64,000 nucleotides of DNA from a virus. A program made the translations under genes and the position numbers. The notes under the pieces were generated by a model. The model was given only the letters and a program-made list of their open reading frames with translations, had not been told where the DNA came from and did not search any database. Where the stretch lies: positions 32,001 to 96,000 of IMG/VR virus record IMGVR_UViG_3300030099_006944; one strand, 5' to 3'. Below, piece after piece: positions 1 through 9,661 of this stretch (position 1 is its first letter; every line of letters begins with the position of its first letter).

Positions 1-4
1 TAGA

Positions 5-262
5 ATGTCTATCATCGAGACGTTTGGTTTACTATTCCTTGCTATTATCCATCTCCCTATTTTTTATATTAGCTGTATGTTCTATTTCGCTACGGTTGTT
101 TATGCTATAGCTTTCTTTGTTTTGCACAACTACGGCCACAGAAATCCTTGTTGGGCTCAAAATTATCAACCTTGGCACTGGAAGCATCATATGAAAAACC
201 CAAATTCAAACTGGAATGTCGTCCTTCCAATTGCTGACTGGATTATGAAGACAAATAAATAA
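5..262 (+). CDS. Fatty acid hydroxylase / sterol desaturase superfamily protein, C-terminal part (probably 5'-truncated by the window edge)
   Basis: Hydrophobic N-part followed by His boxes HNYGH (HxxxH) and HWKHH (HxxHH), then NWNVVLPIADWIMKT resembling the NYG...WD.lfGT tail of this family. The frame is open to the window start (AGA at 2-4). Confidence 0.65.
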   Translation: MSIIETFGLLFLAIIHLPIFYISCMFYFATVVYAIAFFVLHNYGHRNPCWAQNYQPWHWKHHMKNPNSNWNVVLPIADWIMKTNK

Positions 263-263
263 T

Positions 264-292
264 TTGACAAACTCATTCCTTTGTGTTATATT
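264..292 (+). promoter_or_regulatory. Sigma70-type promoter
   Basis: TTGACA (264-269), 17 nt, TATATT (287-292) with TGn extended -10, in the intergenic gap; AAGGA RBS precedes the ATG at 319. Confidence 0.8.
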
Positions 293-318
293 AATAATAA
301 TTAACAAGGAAAACAATT

Positions 319-984
319 ATGTGGATAACAGAATCAGCCAACAAAGGAAGGAAGATGAACGACATGTATAGAGTTAGTGGCATCGATGTTTATATTAAAG
401 ACAGGTTACCTGAAAATGTAGATCCGGGTTTTGTTTTCAAATATATAAACGCTAGGATACCTTTTCATCTTACGACCGGCATAGATATAATTTATATAGG
501 ACAATTCCCGGAAATGGCAGAGAGAGAAATCAATGCCTATTATGAGGATGGTGCAATATATGTTACGAACGATCAGGATGAAGAAATGGATATGATAGAT
601 GATATAATTCATGAATTAGCACATGCCGTAGAAAGAAACAATGATGAACTGATTTACGGATCAGGCGCACTACAAAGTGAATTTACAGCAAAAAGAAAGA
701 ATTTGACAACTCGCCTCAAAGAAATGTACGATGTTCCTAGGGATTTCAATGTTAATATAGAATTTGATCAAGATATTGATGATTTTTTGTACAAGGTCGT
801 CGGGTATGATATATTAAACCAACTAGTTGTTAATATATTTGTATCAGGCTATGCCGCTACATCAGTTAGTGAATATTTTGCCCGAGGATTTGAAGAATAC
901 TTTATTGGGGACAAAGATACCCTAAAACAATTAAGCCCTGTATTATACAGGATAATTGACGAACTTGTTCATTTGGAGGACTAA
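319..984 (+). CDS. Zincin-like metallopeptidase-domain protein (HExxH)
   Basis: DDIIHELAHAVE motif plus downstream SEYFARGFEEYF, which resembles the third-ligand helix of gluzincin/ATLF-like folds. Confidence 0.55.
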   Translation: MWITESANKGRKMNDMYRVSGIDVYIKDRLPENVDPGFVFKYINARIPFHLTTGIDIIYIGQFPEMAEREINAYYEDGAIYVTNDQDEEMDMIDDIIHELAHAVERNNDELIYGSGALQSEFTAKRKNLTTRLKEMYDVPRDFNVNIEFDQDIDDFLYKVVGYDILNQLVVNIFVSGYAATSVSEYFARGFEEYFIGDKDTLKQLSPVLYRIIDELVHLED

Positions 985-1757
985 TGACAAAACAACACAT
1001 TTCGTTTTCAGAACTGAAAACTTGGGCGGAATGCCCTTACAAACACAGATTAAAATATATCGATGGCATTAACGGATTTACCGGTAATGCTTTCACTGCA
1101 TTTGGCACCGCAATACATAGTGTTTGCGAGTTTATAGCCAAAGGTGAATTGGATCCGATAGATTATGATGAACACTTTGATTTAGCATTTCTTGTTGAAC
1201 TAAAGAAACTGGAAGAAAAACCTGATAACCAATTGATCACAGACATGCGACGGCAGGGGAAAGAGATTTCCCCTTCTGTTTTTCCTCAACTAAAAGAGCA
1301 CTTTGGTGCGTACGAAGTTTTTTCTACCGAGGAAAGATTATATCAAACAATAAGTGAGTTAACGTACAAATGGCACCTTAAAGGTTTCATAGACTTAGTT
1401 ATCAAAACCGAAGACGGTAAATATCATATCTTAGATTGGAAATCATGTAGTTGGGGCTGGGACGCAAAGAAACGTTCTGAAAAATTAGTAACATATCAAT
1501 TGACATTGTATAAGAAGTTTTTCTGTGAAAAGCATAATATTGACCCTGAATTGGTGGAGACTCATTTTGGCCTTCTTAAAAGAACTGCGAAAGACAATAA
1601 AGTTGAAATATTTAGAGTAACGTCCGGTAGTAGAAAAACAGCGAATGCTACTAAATTATTGACTGATGGTTGCCGCACGATAAAAGCGGCAAATTATGTT
1701 AAAAACAGAAACTCTTGTACCGGTTGTGAATTCTACAAAACAGAACATTGCAAATAA
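984..1757 (+). CDS. PD-(D/E)XK exonuclease, Cas4/AddB-like with probable 4Fe-4S cluster
   Basis: ISFSELKTWAECP start; KGFIDLV...ILDWKS catalytic motifs; YQLTLY (QxxxY); one N-terminal Cys plus C-terminal CTGCEFYKTEHC (1+3 Cys arrangement). Confidence 0.85.
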   Translation: MTKQHISFSELKTWAECPYKHRLKYIDGINGFTGNAFTAFGTAIHSVCEFIAKGELDPIDYDEHFDLAFLVELKKLEEKPDNQLITDMRRQGKEISPSVFPQLKEHFGAYEVFSTEERLYQTISELTYKWHLKGFIDLVIKTEDGKYHILDWKSCSWGWDAKKRSEKLVTYQLTLYKKFFCEKHNIDPELVETHFGLLKRTAKDNKVEIFRVTSGSRKTANATKLLTDGCRTIKAANYVKNRNSCTGCEFYKTEHCK

Positions 1758-1771
1758 TTTTTATTTTTTTC

Positions 1772-1800
1772 TTGACAATGTCTTTTCTCTATGTTATATT
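1772..1800 (+). promoter_or_regulatory. Sigma70-type promoter upstream of the glycosylation island
   Basis: TTGACA (1772-1777), 17 nt, TATATT (1795-1800), TGn extension, T-rich upstream tract; GAGGAG RBS at 1820-1825. Confidence 0.8.
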
Positions 1801-1829
1801 AGGTTTATATAATATTGTTGAGGAGACAT

Positions 1830-3095
1830 ATGTCTAAAAAAATAAAAGTACTAACATTTGGTGACCATCCTCTTTCCCCATCTGGGGTTGGATCACAAAC
1901 GAAATATATATGTGAGGCTTTGCTTAAATCTGGTAAGTTTGAAATCCTATCATTAGGCGGAGCCATGAAGCATCAGAATTATAACCCCATCACCGTAGAA
2001 CCATATGGTCACGATTGGAGAATTATACCAGTTGATGGTTACGGAACTCAGGAAATGATTCGTTCAATTCTTAGAAACGAGAAGCCTGATATTTTATGGA
2101 TGATGACGGATCCTAGATTTTACGAATGGCTTTGGGCAATGGAAAACGAAATTAGACCATTGTGCCCTATCGTTTATTATCATGTTTGGGACAACTATCC
2201 TTTTCCGATGTTTAACAGAAAGTACTATTTGTCAAATGATTACATCGCCTGTATTTCCAAATTGACTCATGATATAATTAAGAATGTAGTACCAGAAGTC
2301 AATTCGAGCTATCTTCCTCATGCTATTGACTCTAATATTTTTGCCCCTAGGACGAAAGAAGAACGCTTGACTATTCGCGAAAGAAATGTTGATCAACGAG
2401 ATAAGGATAAATTTATTTTGTTTTGGAACAACAGGAACGCTCGTAGAAAGCAGTCCGGAACTTTAATCTGGTGGTTTAAAGAGTGGCTTGATGAAAGAGA
2501 TCTTCATGATAAGGCACAATTGATTATGCATACAGATCCCTATGATGTTCATGGGCAAGACTTGGGCCATATTGTCAAGCGTTTGGATTTAGAAAACAGA
2601 CAGGTTCTCTTTTCCACTAGTAAAATAGCACCAGAGCAACTTGCTGTTTTATATAATATGGCGGACGTAACTGTAAACATCTCAGATGCCGAAGGTTTTG
2701 GACTAGCTACACTAGAATCTTTATCTTGCGGTACGCCAATCATTGCTAACATGACAGGTGGGTTACAAGAACAAGTTGTTGGTGATGGAGACGTATATGG
2801 TGTGCCTATTTTTCCTTCTTCAAAGGCTATAATTGGTTCTCAACAAGTCCCCTATATTTACGAAGACAGAATTAGTAAAAAAGATTTTTTGAAAGCACTG
2901 AGTAAAATGTACGATATAGGGCTGGACGCTCGTTTGGAAATGGGAATGCGCGGTCATGAGTATGTTAAGAGAAATTATAATTTTTCTACCTTTAATAAAT
3001 CTTGGGTCGATCTTATGACTCGAATCCACGAAACAGAAGGTTCTTGGGAAACTAGAAAAAACTATAACGGCGTAAGATTCAAGGAGGTCGCGTGA
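1830..3095 (+). CDS. Glycosyltransferase, GT-B fold (GT4-like)
   Basis: N-terminal DHPLSPSGVG; NNRNARRKQ; EGFGLATLESLSCGTPII GT4 signature. Start moved to the ATG at 1830 on RBS evidence. Confidence 0.9.
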   Translation: MSKKIKVLTFGDHPLSPSGVGSQTKYICEALLKSGKFEILSLGGAMKHQNYNPITVEPYGHDWRIIPVDGYGTQEMIRSILRNEKPDILWMMTDPRFYEWLWAMENEIRPLCPIVYYHVWDNYPFPMFNRKYYLSNDYIACISKLTHDIIKNVVPEVNSSYLPHAIDSNIFAPRTKEERLTIRERNVDQRDKDKFILFWNNRNARRKQSGTLIWWFKEWLDERDLHDKAQLIMHTDPYDVHGQDLGHIVKRLDLENRQVLFSTSKIAPEQLAVLYNMADVTVNISDAEGFGLATLESLSCGTPIIANMTGGLQEQVVGDGDVYGVPIFPSSKAIIGSQQVPYIYEDRISKKDFLKALSKMYDIGLDARLEMGMRGHEYVKRNYNFSTFNKSWVDLMTRIHETEGSWETRKNYNGVRFKEVA

Positions 3096-4339
3096 GAAAA
3101 AAAATATTTGTAAGAGCACCATGTCTAAGTCAATCCGGATACGGTGAGCAATCTCGGTATGCTTTGAGAGCACTTCGTTCACGTGAAGACTTGTTCGACA
3201 TATACATACAACCTATTCCATGGGGAAAAACTGGTTGGGTCTGGCAAGATAACGAATTCAGAAGATGGATGGATGAAAAGATAACACAAACACAACTTCT
3301 TCTTCAAGAGAAAAAACTACACCCAGATATTAGTTTGCAGATCACTATACCAAATGAATTTGAGAAACTGTGTCCGATCAATATTGGGTACACGGCTGGT
3401 ATAGAAACAACCAAAGTCGCCCCGCAATGGTTACAAAAAGGAAACGATATGGACAAGATATTAGTTGTATCCAATCATTCTAAGGTCACCTACGAGGGTA
3501 CAAAAGCCCAAGCTCAAAATCAACAAACTGGTGAGGTCTTTATGTATGAACTCAAAACACCGATTGAGGTAGTTTGGGAAAACACTCCGAGAGCAGAAGC
3601 CACACACATATCTGGTTTTGAATTGCCATATGATTTCAATTTTCTTATGGTCTCTCAGATGGGAGGTAGAAAGAATTTTGACAATGCTATTAAATGGTGG
3701 GTCGAAGAATTTGTCGATCAAAAAGTTGGATTAGTTATCAAAACAAATATGATAGGTAATTCAATTATGGACTTTGAACATGTTGAGGGTCACCTTCAAA
3801 ATATATTAAAAGAATACCCAGAAAGAAAATGCAAAGTACATTTGCTCCATGGAGATTTAACCGCTGGTCAGATGACCGGTCTTTATACCAATGAAAAAAT
3901 TAAAGCCATCGTGAATATTGCACATGGTGAAGGTTTTGGTCTACCATTGTTTGAAGCAGCCAGAGAAGGTCTACCAGTAATAACAGTAGGTTGGAGCGGC
4001 CAAATGGACTTCCTGAGACATGATGGGAAAAACTACTTCCAGAACGTCAAATACAGCTTGCAGCCTGTACAGGAGTCATCTAGATGGGAAGGTGTGATAG
4101 AGGCGGATTCTCAATGGGCTTTTGCCGATCAGGGTTCTTATAAAATGACTCTACGTAAAACAAAAAAGAACTGGAAAAAAGTCAAAAAGACAGCAGAAGA
4201 TCTCAAGAAAATAATAGAACAAAAGTTCTCAGATGAAGTACTACATGCTTTATTCGTTTCAAATATAATTGACGAACCAGAAACAATTGATTGGATGAAT
4301 TGGCAAGAAGATCAACAGGAAGCGCAAGATTTTGACTAA
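3092..4339 (+). CDS. Glycosyltransferase, GT-B fold (GT4-like)
   Basis: SQSGYGEQSR N-motif; GGRKNFD; HGEGFGLPLFEAAREGLPVI signature; GTGA overlap with the upstream gene. Confidence 0.9.
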   Translation: MRKKIFVRAPCLSQSGYGEQSRYALRALRSREDLFDIYIQPIPWGKTGWVWQDNEFRRWMDEKITQTQLLLQEKKLHPDISLQITIPNEFEKLCPINIGYTAGIETTKVAPQWLQKGNDMDKILVVSNHSKVTYEGTKAQAQNQQTGEVFMYELKTPIEVVWENTPRAEATHISGFELPYDFNFLMVSQMGGRKNFDNAIKWWVEEFVDQKVGLVIKTNMIGNSIMDFEHVEGHLQNILKEYPERKCKVHLLHGDLTAGQMTGLYTNEKIKAIVNIAHGEGFGLPLFEAAREGLPVITVGWSGQMDFLRHDGKNYFQNVKYSLQPVQESSRWEGVIEADSQWAFADQGSYKMTLRKTKKNWKKVKKTAEDLKKIIEQKFSDEVLHALFVSNIIDEPETIDWMNWQEDQQEAQDFD

Positions 4340-5969
4340 ACTAATAGTATTTATAGCAGATTTCTTTTTGGAACAGGGTATCAACGGTGGAGCAGAAGCT
4401 TTTAATGACGAATTAATCAATATGCTAAAACTCAAAGGATATGATGTTCGAAAAATAAACTCAAACAAATTCCAGCCATCGATGGTGTCTGATGACCACT
4501 TTTATATCGTGTCTAATTTTATGAATTTAAGAGAGGAGAGCAAATCAGCACTAGTCTCTAAAAGTTATGTAATCTTGGAACATGATCACAAATACGTTTC
4601 CACAAATGATCCTTCTAAGTTTGTGAACATGATAGCTCCTTTCAAAGAAATAATAAACAAAAGTTTCTTTGAGGGAGCTATTTGTGTTTTTTGCCAAAGC
4701 AAAATACATGCGGAAGTATTACAAAAAAATCTTTTGCTGGATAATATTGTTAATATTGGCTGCAATTTATGGTCAGAAGAGAGACTAGATTTTCTAGAAA
4801 CCTTAGTTGGAACAGAGAAAACTAAAAAAAATGTCATACTTTATTCTGATAATAAAAACAAAGGTATGCCATATGCAGTTCAATATTGTGAGAGCAATGG
4901 TATTGAATATGAGTTTATAATGCCTTGTGAATATCAAGAGTTTATCAAACAACTGGCACAATCTGAGAGAGTGTTCTTTTTTCCTCAGTGGCTTGAATCT
5001 TTTAACCGTGTCATAATAGAGGCTAGAATTCTGGGCTGCAAGGTTACATCCAATAAACTAATCGGAGCAACATCAGAGCCTTGGTTTCGCAACTACAAGG
5101 GGCTGGAACTAGCCCACTTCCTCAGAGAAAAGAGAGAAGAGATTTGTGAAAAATTTATAAATGTAATTGAGTCACGACCTTTGCAATTTATTCCGCCACT
5201 AGTGGTACCTAAGATTTCAATCATTACGTCCTTGTATAAGGGAGGTAAATATATCGAACACTTTATGAATGAAGTTACCAACCAAACCGTATTTAAGAAT
5301 TGCGAATTTATAATACTGGACGCTAACTCACCTGACGGTGAATATGAAATAATAAAAAAATATATAGAAGAGCACGACAATATTATATATGAACGCTTAG
5401 AAACCACTCCAACTGTACAAGAGACTATGAATATGGCCATAAAGAAGTGTACCGGTGAATTTATTACATTATGGAACCTTGACGACACCAGAGCCTATGA
5501 AGGACTGGAAGTGTTGTCTAAAATATTGATGGTCGATCCGTCCATTAGCTTGGTGTATGGTGAATCTCTCCAAACTACAAAAGAAAATGAAACATTGGGT
5601 TTGAACAGTTCAGGTGGTGTCTTATACCAACATTCTAGAATGGAGTTTTCAAAAGAAAACATGATAAAGTGCCTACCGGGCCCAATGCCTCTTTGGAGAA
5701 AGTCTATGACAGATGAGGTTGGTCTGTTTGACGAGACATTAAAATATGCTGGTGACTGGGATATGTGGCTTCGTTGCGTTGAAGCGGGTCATAAATTCAA
5801 GAGAGTTCCATATGTTCTAGGTTTGTACTATATGAACCCAGATGGTCTATCAACATCAACTAAAAATGCCAAAGAAAGATTTATAGAAGAAAAAAGCATA
5901 TTCAACAAATACAAACACGTGTTCGGAGAAAAAATGTACAATCGATTCAAAGGATATTTTAATGGATAA
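4332..5969 (+). CDS. Two-domain glycosyltransferase (N-terminal GT-B-like + C-terminal GT2/GT-A)
   Basis: N-half has GGAE and ESFNRVIIEARILGC (GT-B-like); C-half has KISIITSLYKGGKYIE, ILDANSPDG, WNLDD and DWDMWLR (GT2). TTG start. Confidence 0.85.
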   Translation: MTKLIVFIADFFLEQGINGGAEAFNDELINMLKLKGYDVRKINSNKFQPSMVSDDHFYIVSNFMNLREESKSALVSKSYVILEHDHKYVSTNDPSKFVNMIAPFKEIINKSFFEGAICVFCQSKIHAEVLQKNLLLDNIVNIGCNLWSEERLDFLETLVGTEKTKKNVILYSDNKNKGMPYAVQYCESNGIEYEFIMPCEYQEFIKQLAQSERVFFFPQWLESFNRVIIEARILGCKVTSNKLIGATSEPWFRNYKGLELAHFLREKREEICEKFINVIESRPLQFIPPLVVPKISIITSLYKGGKYIEHFMNEVTNQTVFKNCEFIILDANSPDGEYEIIKKYIEEHDNIIYERLETTPTVQETMNMAIKKCTGEFITLWNLDDTRAYEGLEVLSKILMVDPSISLVYGESLQTTKENETLGLNSSGGVLYQHSRMEFSKENMIKCLPGPMPLWRKSMTDEVGLFDETLKYAGDWDMWLRCVEAGHKFKRVPYVLGLYYMNPDGLSTSTKNAKERFIEEKSIFNKYKHVFGEKMYNRFKGYFNG

Positions 5970-7002
5970 GAAAAATTTAATTATAGACTCACGACCATAT
6001 GGATTTTTTTCCATATTTTTGCACACAATTGATAATTTAAAGTGGGCTGACGACAATGGCTACGAACCGCATATCCGCTGGGGTCCGGGCAGAGTCGATG
6101 TCAACGACGGCAGACCGGGAGCCAAAGAAGCTTCTAGGAAGGGGCACCCATCTTTTGTAGGGAATAGTCCTAATTTTTTTGAAGATAGTCATGCTGGGGA
6201 AGTAAAGAAGAGTCTTTATTATTCTCCATCGGGCTATAATGGATCCGATAATGTATGGGAATATTACTTTGAACCAGTAGGAACTTCGGAAACCAAAGAA
6301 CATAAGGTATCAGACATATTTCAGGTAGGTTTCCACGATCTTAAATTGGACAGTTTAAATGACAAATTTTTGATTTACAATTTACACAGTTATACACCGC
6401 TGACAACTTGGTTATATTTTAGAACAGACCCAGAAGCCGAATCGACATGTCCAAGTGAAGAAAGTACTTTTTTGAAACATAGAAGAAACGTTAATCAATA
6501 TATTAAAAAATATGTAAAACTCAGATCTAACATCGAGAATAAAGTAAAAGAGTATACTGATAGGTATTTTGACGGACCAGTCATTGGTGTACACGTAAGA
6601 GGGACAGATAAGAAGTCTGAAAGCAAAATTGGTCAACGACCGTTTGTTACTATTGATGACTATTTGAGAGTCTTAGAAGATACTCTGGGTAAGTTTCCGG
6701 ATGCGTCTATCTTTGTTGCTTCGGACAACAATGAGGCTATTGCAAAAATATTTAAAAAATTTGTAAATAATAAAATAATAGTGTATAATTGCACTAGGAT
6801 GAAAAGCTATGACAGCATCATCCCAGTGCACCTCTCATCACAGTCCGGACCAAAAGCAGGTGAAGAGGCTTTGATCGATTGTCTACTATTATCAGAATGC
6901 AATCACATCATTTGTACAGATTCAAACCTATCAGCGGCAGCCTTGTATTTCAATCCTGCCGCAACTTGCACATATATTAACAAACATTTGGAGAAAAAAT
7001 GA
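5962..7002 (+). CDS. NodZ/GT23-like (alpha-1,6/alpha-1,2-type) fucosyltransferase-family protein, copy 1
   Basis: Motif I IGVHVRGTDK, motif II IFVASDN, motif III ALIDCLLLSECNHIICTDSNLS. Confidence 0.8.
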   Translation: MDKKNLIIDSRPYGFFSIFLHTIDNLKWADDNGYEPHIRWGPGRVDVNDGRPGAKEASRKGHPSFVGNSPNFFEDSHAGEVKKSLYYSPSGYNGSDNVWEYYFEPVGTSETKEHKVSDIFQVGFHDLKLDSLNDKFLIYNLHSYTPLTTWLYFRTDPEAESTCPSEESTFLKHRRNVNQYIKKYVKLRSNIENKVKEYTDRYFDGPVIGVHVRGTDKKSESKIGQRPFVTIDDYLRVLEDTLGKFPDASIFVASDNNEAIAKIFKKFVNNKIIVYNCTRMKSYDSIIPVHLSSQSGPKAGEEALIDCLLLSECNHIICTDSNLSAAALYFNPAATCTYINKHLEKK

Positions 7003-8018
7003 GTAAGAAATTTTTAATCATAGATTCAAGACCATATGGTTTGTATTCTATATTTTTGCATACAGTCGACAATATTAAGTGGGCGCTTGATAACAACTAC
7101 ATCCCAGTAGTACGTTGGGGCCCGGGCAGAAGAGACCCCAATCGAGGCCGTGCCGGTGCAATTGAAGCTACCCGAGCAAAAAATGCGAGTCTAGTTAAGG
7201 ATAAAAACAATTTCTTAACCAACGATACACCTCCATCTAGGAATAACACTCCCGGATTAAAACACTGTCAGTGTTTATACTGGTCTGATTCTGGCTGGAA
7301 TGGGAGTCATAATATATGGGAATACTACTATGAACCACTCAATGAACACACAGTAGAAGAAGCTGAGAGATCTGAACATGATGTATCGGATATCTTTATG
7401 GTAGGTGAATTAGATGACGATCCATCCAATAAATTTCTTATAGCCGACATACATCGATATGAACCGTTGGCTTTGTGGAATTTACTTGGTACCGATGCAG
7501 AAAAGCAGCACCGCCAAAATGTTTATGAGGTTATAGAAAAAAATATAAAAGTAAAACAAACAATCTTAGACAAAGTAAATGATTTTTACGACAAGCATTT
7601 TGATGATGACGTGTTGGCCGTGCACGTAAGAGGAACAGATAAGAAACTTGAATATCCACACAAAGCATTACCACTAGAAGCCTACCTCAGTGCTATTGAA
7701 GAGAGATTGGCCATTAAGGACACCAAGATATTTGTTGCTTCGGATAACAATGAAGCAATTATGGAGATGGTCAAAAGGTTTGGTAAGAAAAGAATGATCG
7801 CAATGCCGGCAGTTAGAATGAATAAATATTTCTCTCCTGATCCAATTTGTCTGACATCAGCAACTGGGCCAAAACACGGAGAGGAATGTTTAATGGAATC
7901 ATTATTGCTAGCAAGATGCAACCACATTATATGTACAGATTCAAATGTAGCTGCTGGTGCACTATATATGAATCCAAACTCAACCGTAACTTATTTAAAT
8001 CGAATATATGGAAAATAA
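6999..8018 (+). CDS. NodZ/GT23-like fucosyltransferase-family protein, copy 2
   Basis: LAVHVRGTDK, IFVASDN, LMESLLLARCNHIICTDSNVA; clear paralog of 5962-7002 (shared IIDSRPYG..SIFLHT.DN.KW). Confidence 0.8.
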   Translation: MSKKFLIIDSRPYGLYSIFLHTVDNIKWALDNNYIPVVRWGPGRRDPNRGRAGAIEATRAKNASLVKDKNNFLTNDTPPSRNNTPGLKHCQCLYWSDSGWNGSHNIWEYYYEPLNEHTVEEAERSEHDVSDIFMVGELDDDPSNKFLIADIHRYEPLALWNLLGTDAEKQHRQNVYEVIEKNIKVKQTILDKVNDFYDKHFDDDVLAVHVRGTDKKLEYPHKALPLEAYLSAIEERLAIKDTKIFVASDNNEAIMEMVKRFGKKRMIAMPAVRMNKYFSPDPICLTSATGPKHGEECLMESLLLARCNHIICTDSNVAAGALYMNPNSTVTYLNRIYGK

Positions 8019-8778
8019 ATTGACTATCACAAATAAATTAAGAAAAAATATTTTACAAGCATCTTTTAAAGCCCAAGCCGGCCATATCCCCAGTGCTTTC
8101 TCAATATTAGAAATTATATATGTCTTATATAAATACCACTTGACTAATGATGAAGTGTTTGTATTGAGCAAAGGGCATGGTTGTTTGGCTTTGTACGCTG
8201 TGTTTTTAGAAATGGGATTTATAACGGAGGAAGAATTTTATTCTTTTTCAGAATATGACAGTATTCTAGGTGGACATCCCCATCGAGGAAAGCACGAGAA
8301 GATTTATGCATCAACAGGGTCTTTGGGTCACGGTTTGCCTATTTGTGTAGGTTCCGCATTAGCAAAAAAACTAAATGGTTCAAAAGAGAAAGTATATTGT
8401 CTATTGGGCGATGGAGAATGCAACGAAGGATCGGTGTGGGAATCCGTGATGCTAGCTGATAATTTGAGATTAAATAATTTAATTTGTATTGTAGACAACA
8501 ACCGTTCGCAAACAAGGTCTATGCCAACCAGAGATTTAGAACTTAAATTCCAATCATTTGGGTGGATGGTTATATCAGTTGCCGATGGTAATGATTTGGA
8601 CTCTGTCTGTCGTGCTATTGTAGCAGCGAAACAGCAGGTAGCGACACCGGTATGTATTGTTTGTAATACTGTAAAGGGAAAGGGAATTGCGGATATGGAA
8701 AACAATATGTTCGCATGGCACCATGGTCCGCCTAACGAGGAACAGTTTAAAAAGTTTTGTGAGGAATTAGATGCGTAA
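8008..8778 (+). CDS. Transketolase-like protein, N-terminal (TPP-binding) subunit
   Basis: GHIPSAFS, LSKGHG, GHP, STGSLGHGL, GDGECNEG...N TPP motif, TVKGKG, WHH. Confidence 0.93.
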   Translation: MENKLTITNKLRKNILQASFKAQAGHIPSAFSILEIIYVLYKYHLTNDEVFVLSKGHGCLALYAVFLEMGFITEEEFYSFSEYDSILGGHPHRGKHEKIYASTGSLGHGLPICVGSALAKKLNGSKEKVYCLLGDGECNEGSVWESVMLADNLRLNNLICIVDNNRSQTRSMPTRDLELKFQSFGWMVISVADGNDLDSVCRAIVAAKQQVATPVCIVCNTVKGKGIADMENNMFAWHHGPPNEEQFKKFCEELDA

Positions 8779-9661
8779 AGCTTTTGCAAAAAAAATGATT
8801 GAGATGGCTGAGAAAGATGACAAGCTAGTTGTCTTGATAGGAGACATAAGTCACTATTTGTTAAAAGAATTTGAGGAGAAATTCCCAGATCGTTTTTATA
8901 ATGTGGGCATATGTGAACAATCAATGGTAGGTATGGCAGCAGGGTTAGCTATGGAAGGGTATAGGCCCGTTATACACACGATTGCGCCATTCTGTGTGGA
9001 AAGAGCCTATGAACAAATCAAAGTGGATTTATGCTACCAAAACGTGGACGTAACGATAGTGTCTGTTGGTGGTTCCTTTGACTATGCTCACTTGGGGTGT
9101 ACCCATCATTGTTATTCTGATATCGCAATTTTACGACCTTTGCCCAATATTGAAATATTTTGTCCGGGCAATTCAAAAGAATTTGGAACTTTGTTTGAGG
9201 ACTCATGGTCTAACGGAAAACCGAAGTATTTTAAATTAATTAAGGATGAACACAAAAAAGAACTTGACATCCTTCCTTATGAGTGTTATATTATGAATAG
9301 TGGAAATTTACAAAATCCAATAATCTTCACATCTGGACATTTATTGGATCTAGCCACAGAGGTAATAAACCATACAGTTGTTTATTGTCCAACAATAGAA
9401 CCTATGTCATTAGCTGCAAAGATGAAAATACAGAACTTATTAAGAATACAAAACAAATGTGTAACGCTAGAAGAGAACTCTTCTATTGGATGCCTAGCAG
9501 ATAAAATTTTTGATATAGCTTCTGATGGCAGTTGCCCCATTACTATGAAGAAAGTCGGCATACCTAGAAAATTTTGCACGAGTTACGGAAAAGCTTCCGA
9601 TCACAGAAAGGAAGTTGGAATTACACTCGAAAAACTATTGGAGTCTGTACGTGCACTATAA
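8771..9661 (+). CDS. Transketolase-like protein, C-terminal (pyrimidine-binding) subunit
   Basis: MRKAF, FPDRFYNVGICEQSMVGMAAGLA, RAYEQIK, GCTHH, TLEE motifs. Confidence 0.93.
   Translation: MRKAFAKKMIEMAEKDDKLVVLIGDISHYLLKEFEEKFPDRFYNVGICEQSMVGMAAGLAMEGYRPVIHTIAPFCVERAYEQIKVDLCYQNVDVTIVSVGGSFDYAHLGCTHHCYSDIAILRPLPNIEIFCPGNSKEFGTLFEDSWSNGKPKYFKLIKDEHKKELDILPYECYIMNSGNLQNPIIFTSGHLLDLATEVINHTVVYCPTIEPMSLAAKMKIQNLLRIQNKCVTLEENSSIGCLADKIFDIASDGSCPITMKKVGIPRKFCTSYGKASDHRKEVGITLEKLLESVRAL

Noticed and set aside
984-1757. Cas4-like gene as part of a CRISPR-Cas locus
   Set aside because: No cas1/cas2, effector genes or array nearby; solo Cas4-like nucleases are common in phages.
1756-1771. T-rich tract after the nuclease gene as an intrinsic terminator
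   Set aside because: No GC-rich hairpin precedes it; it is better explained as the UP region of the 1772 promoter.
8328-8924. 198-aa minus-strand ORF (and similar ones at 10397-10795, 16628-17044, 19191-19631, 21264-21650)
   Set aside because: They lie antisense to well-supported genes, have no RBS, promoter or motifs, and have shadow-ORF composition.
8008-9661. Transketolase as a pentose-phosphate auxiliary metabolic gene
   Set aside because: The short split form embedded and translationally coupled within sugar-nucleotide genes fits polysaccharide-cluster TK-like enzymes better; not excluded without an assay.
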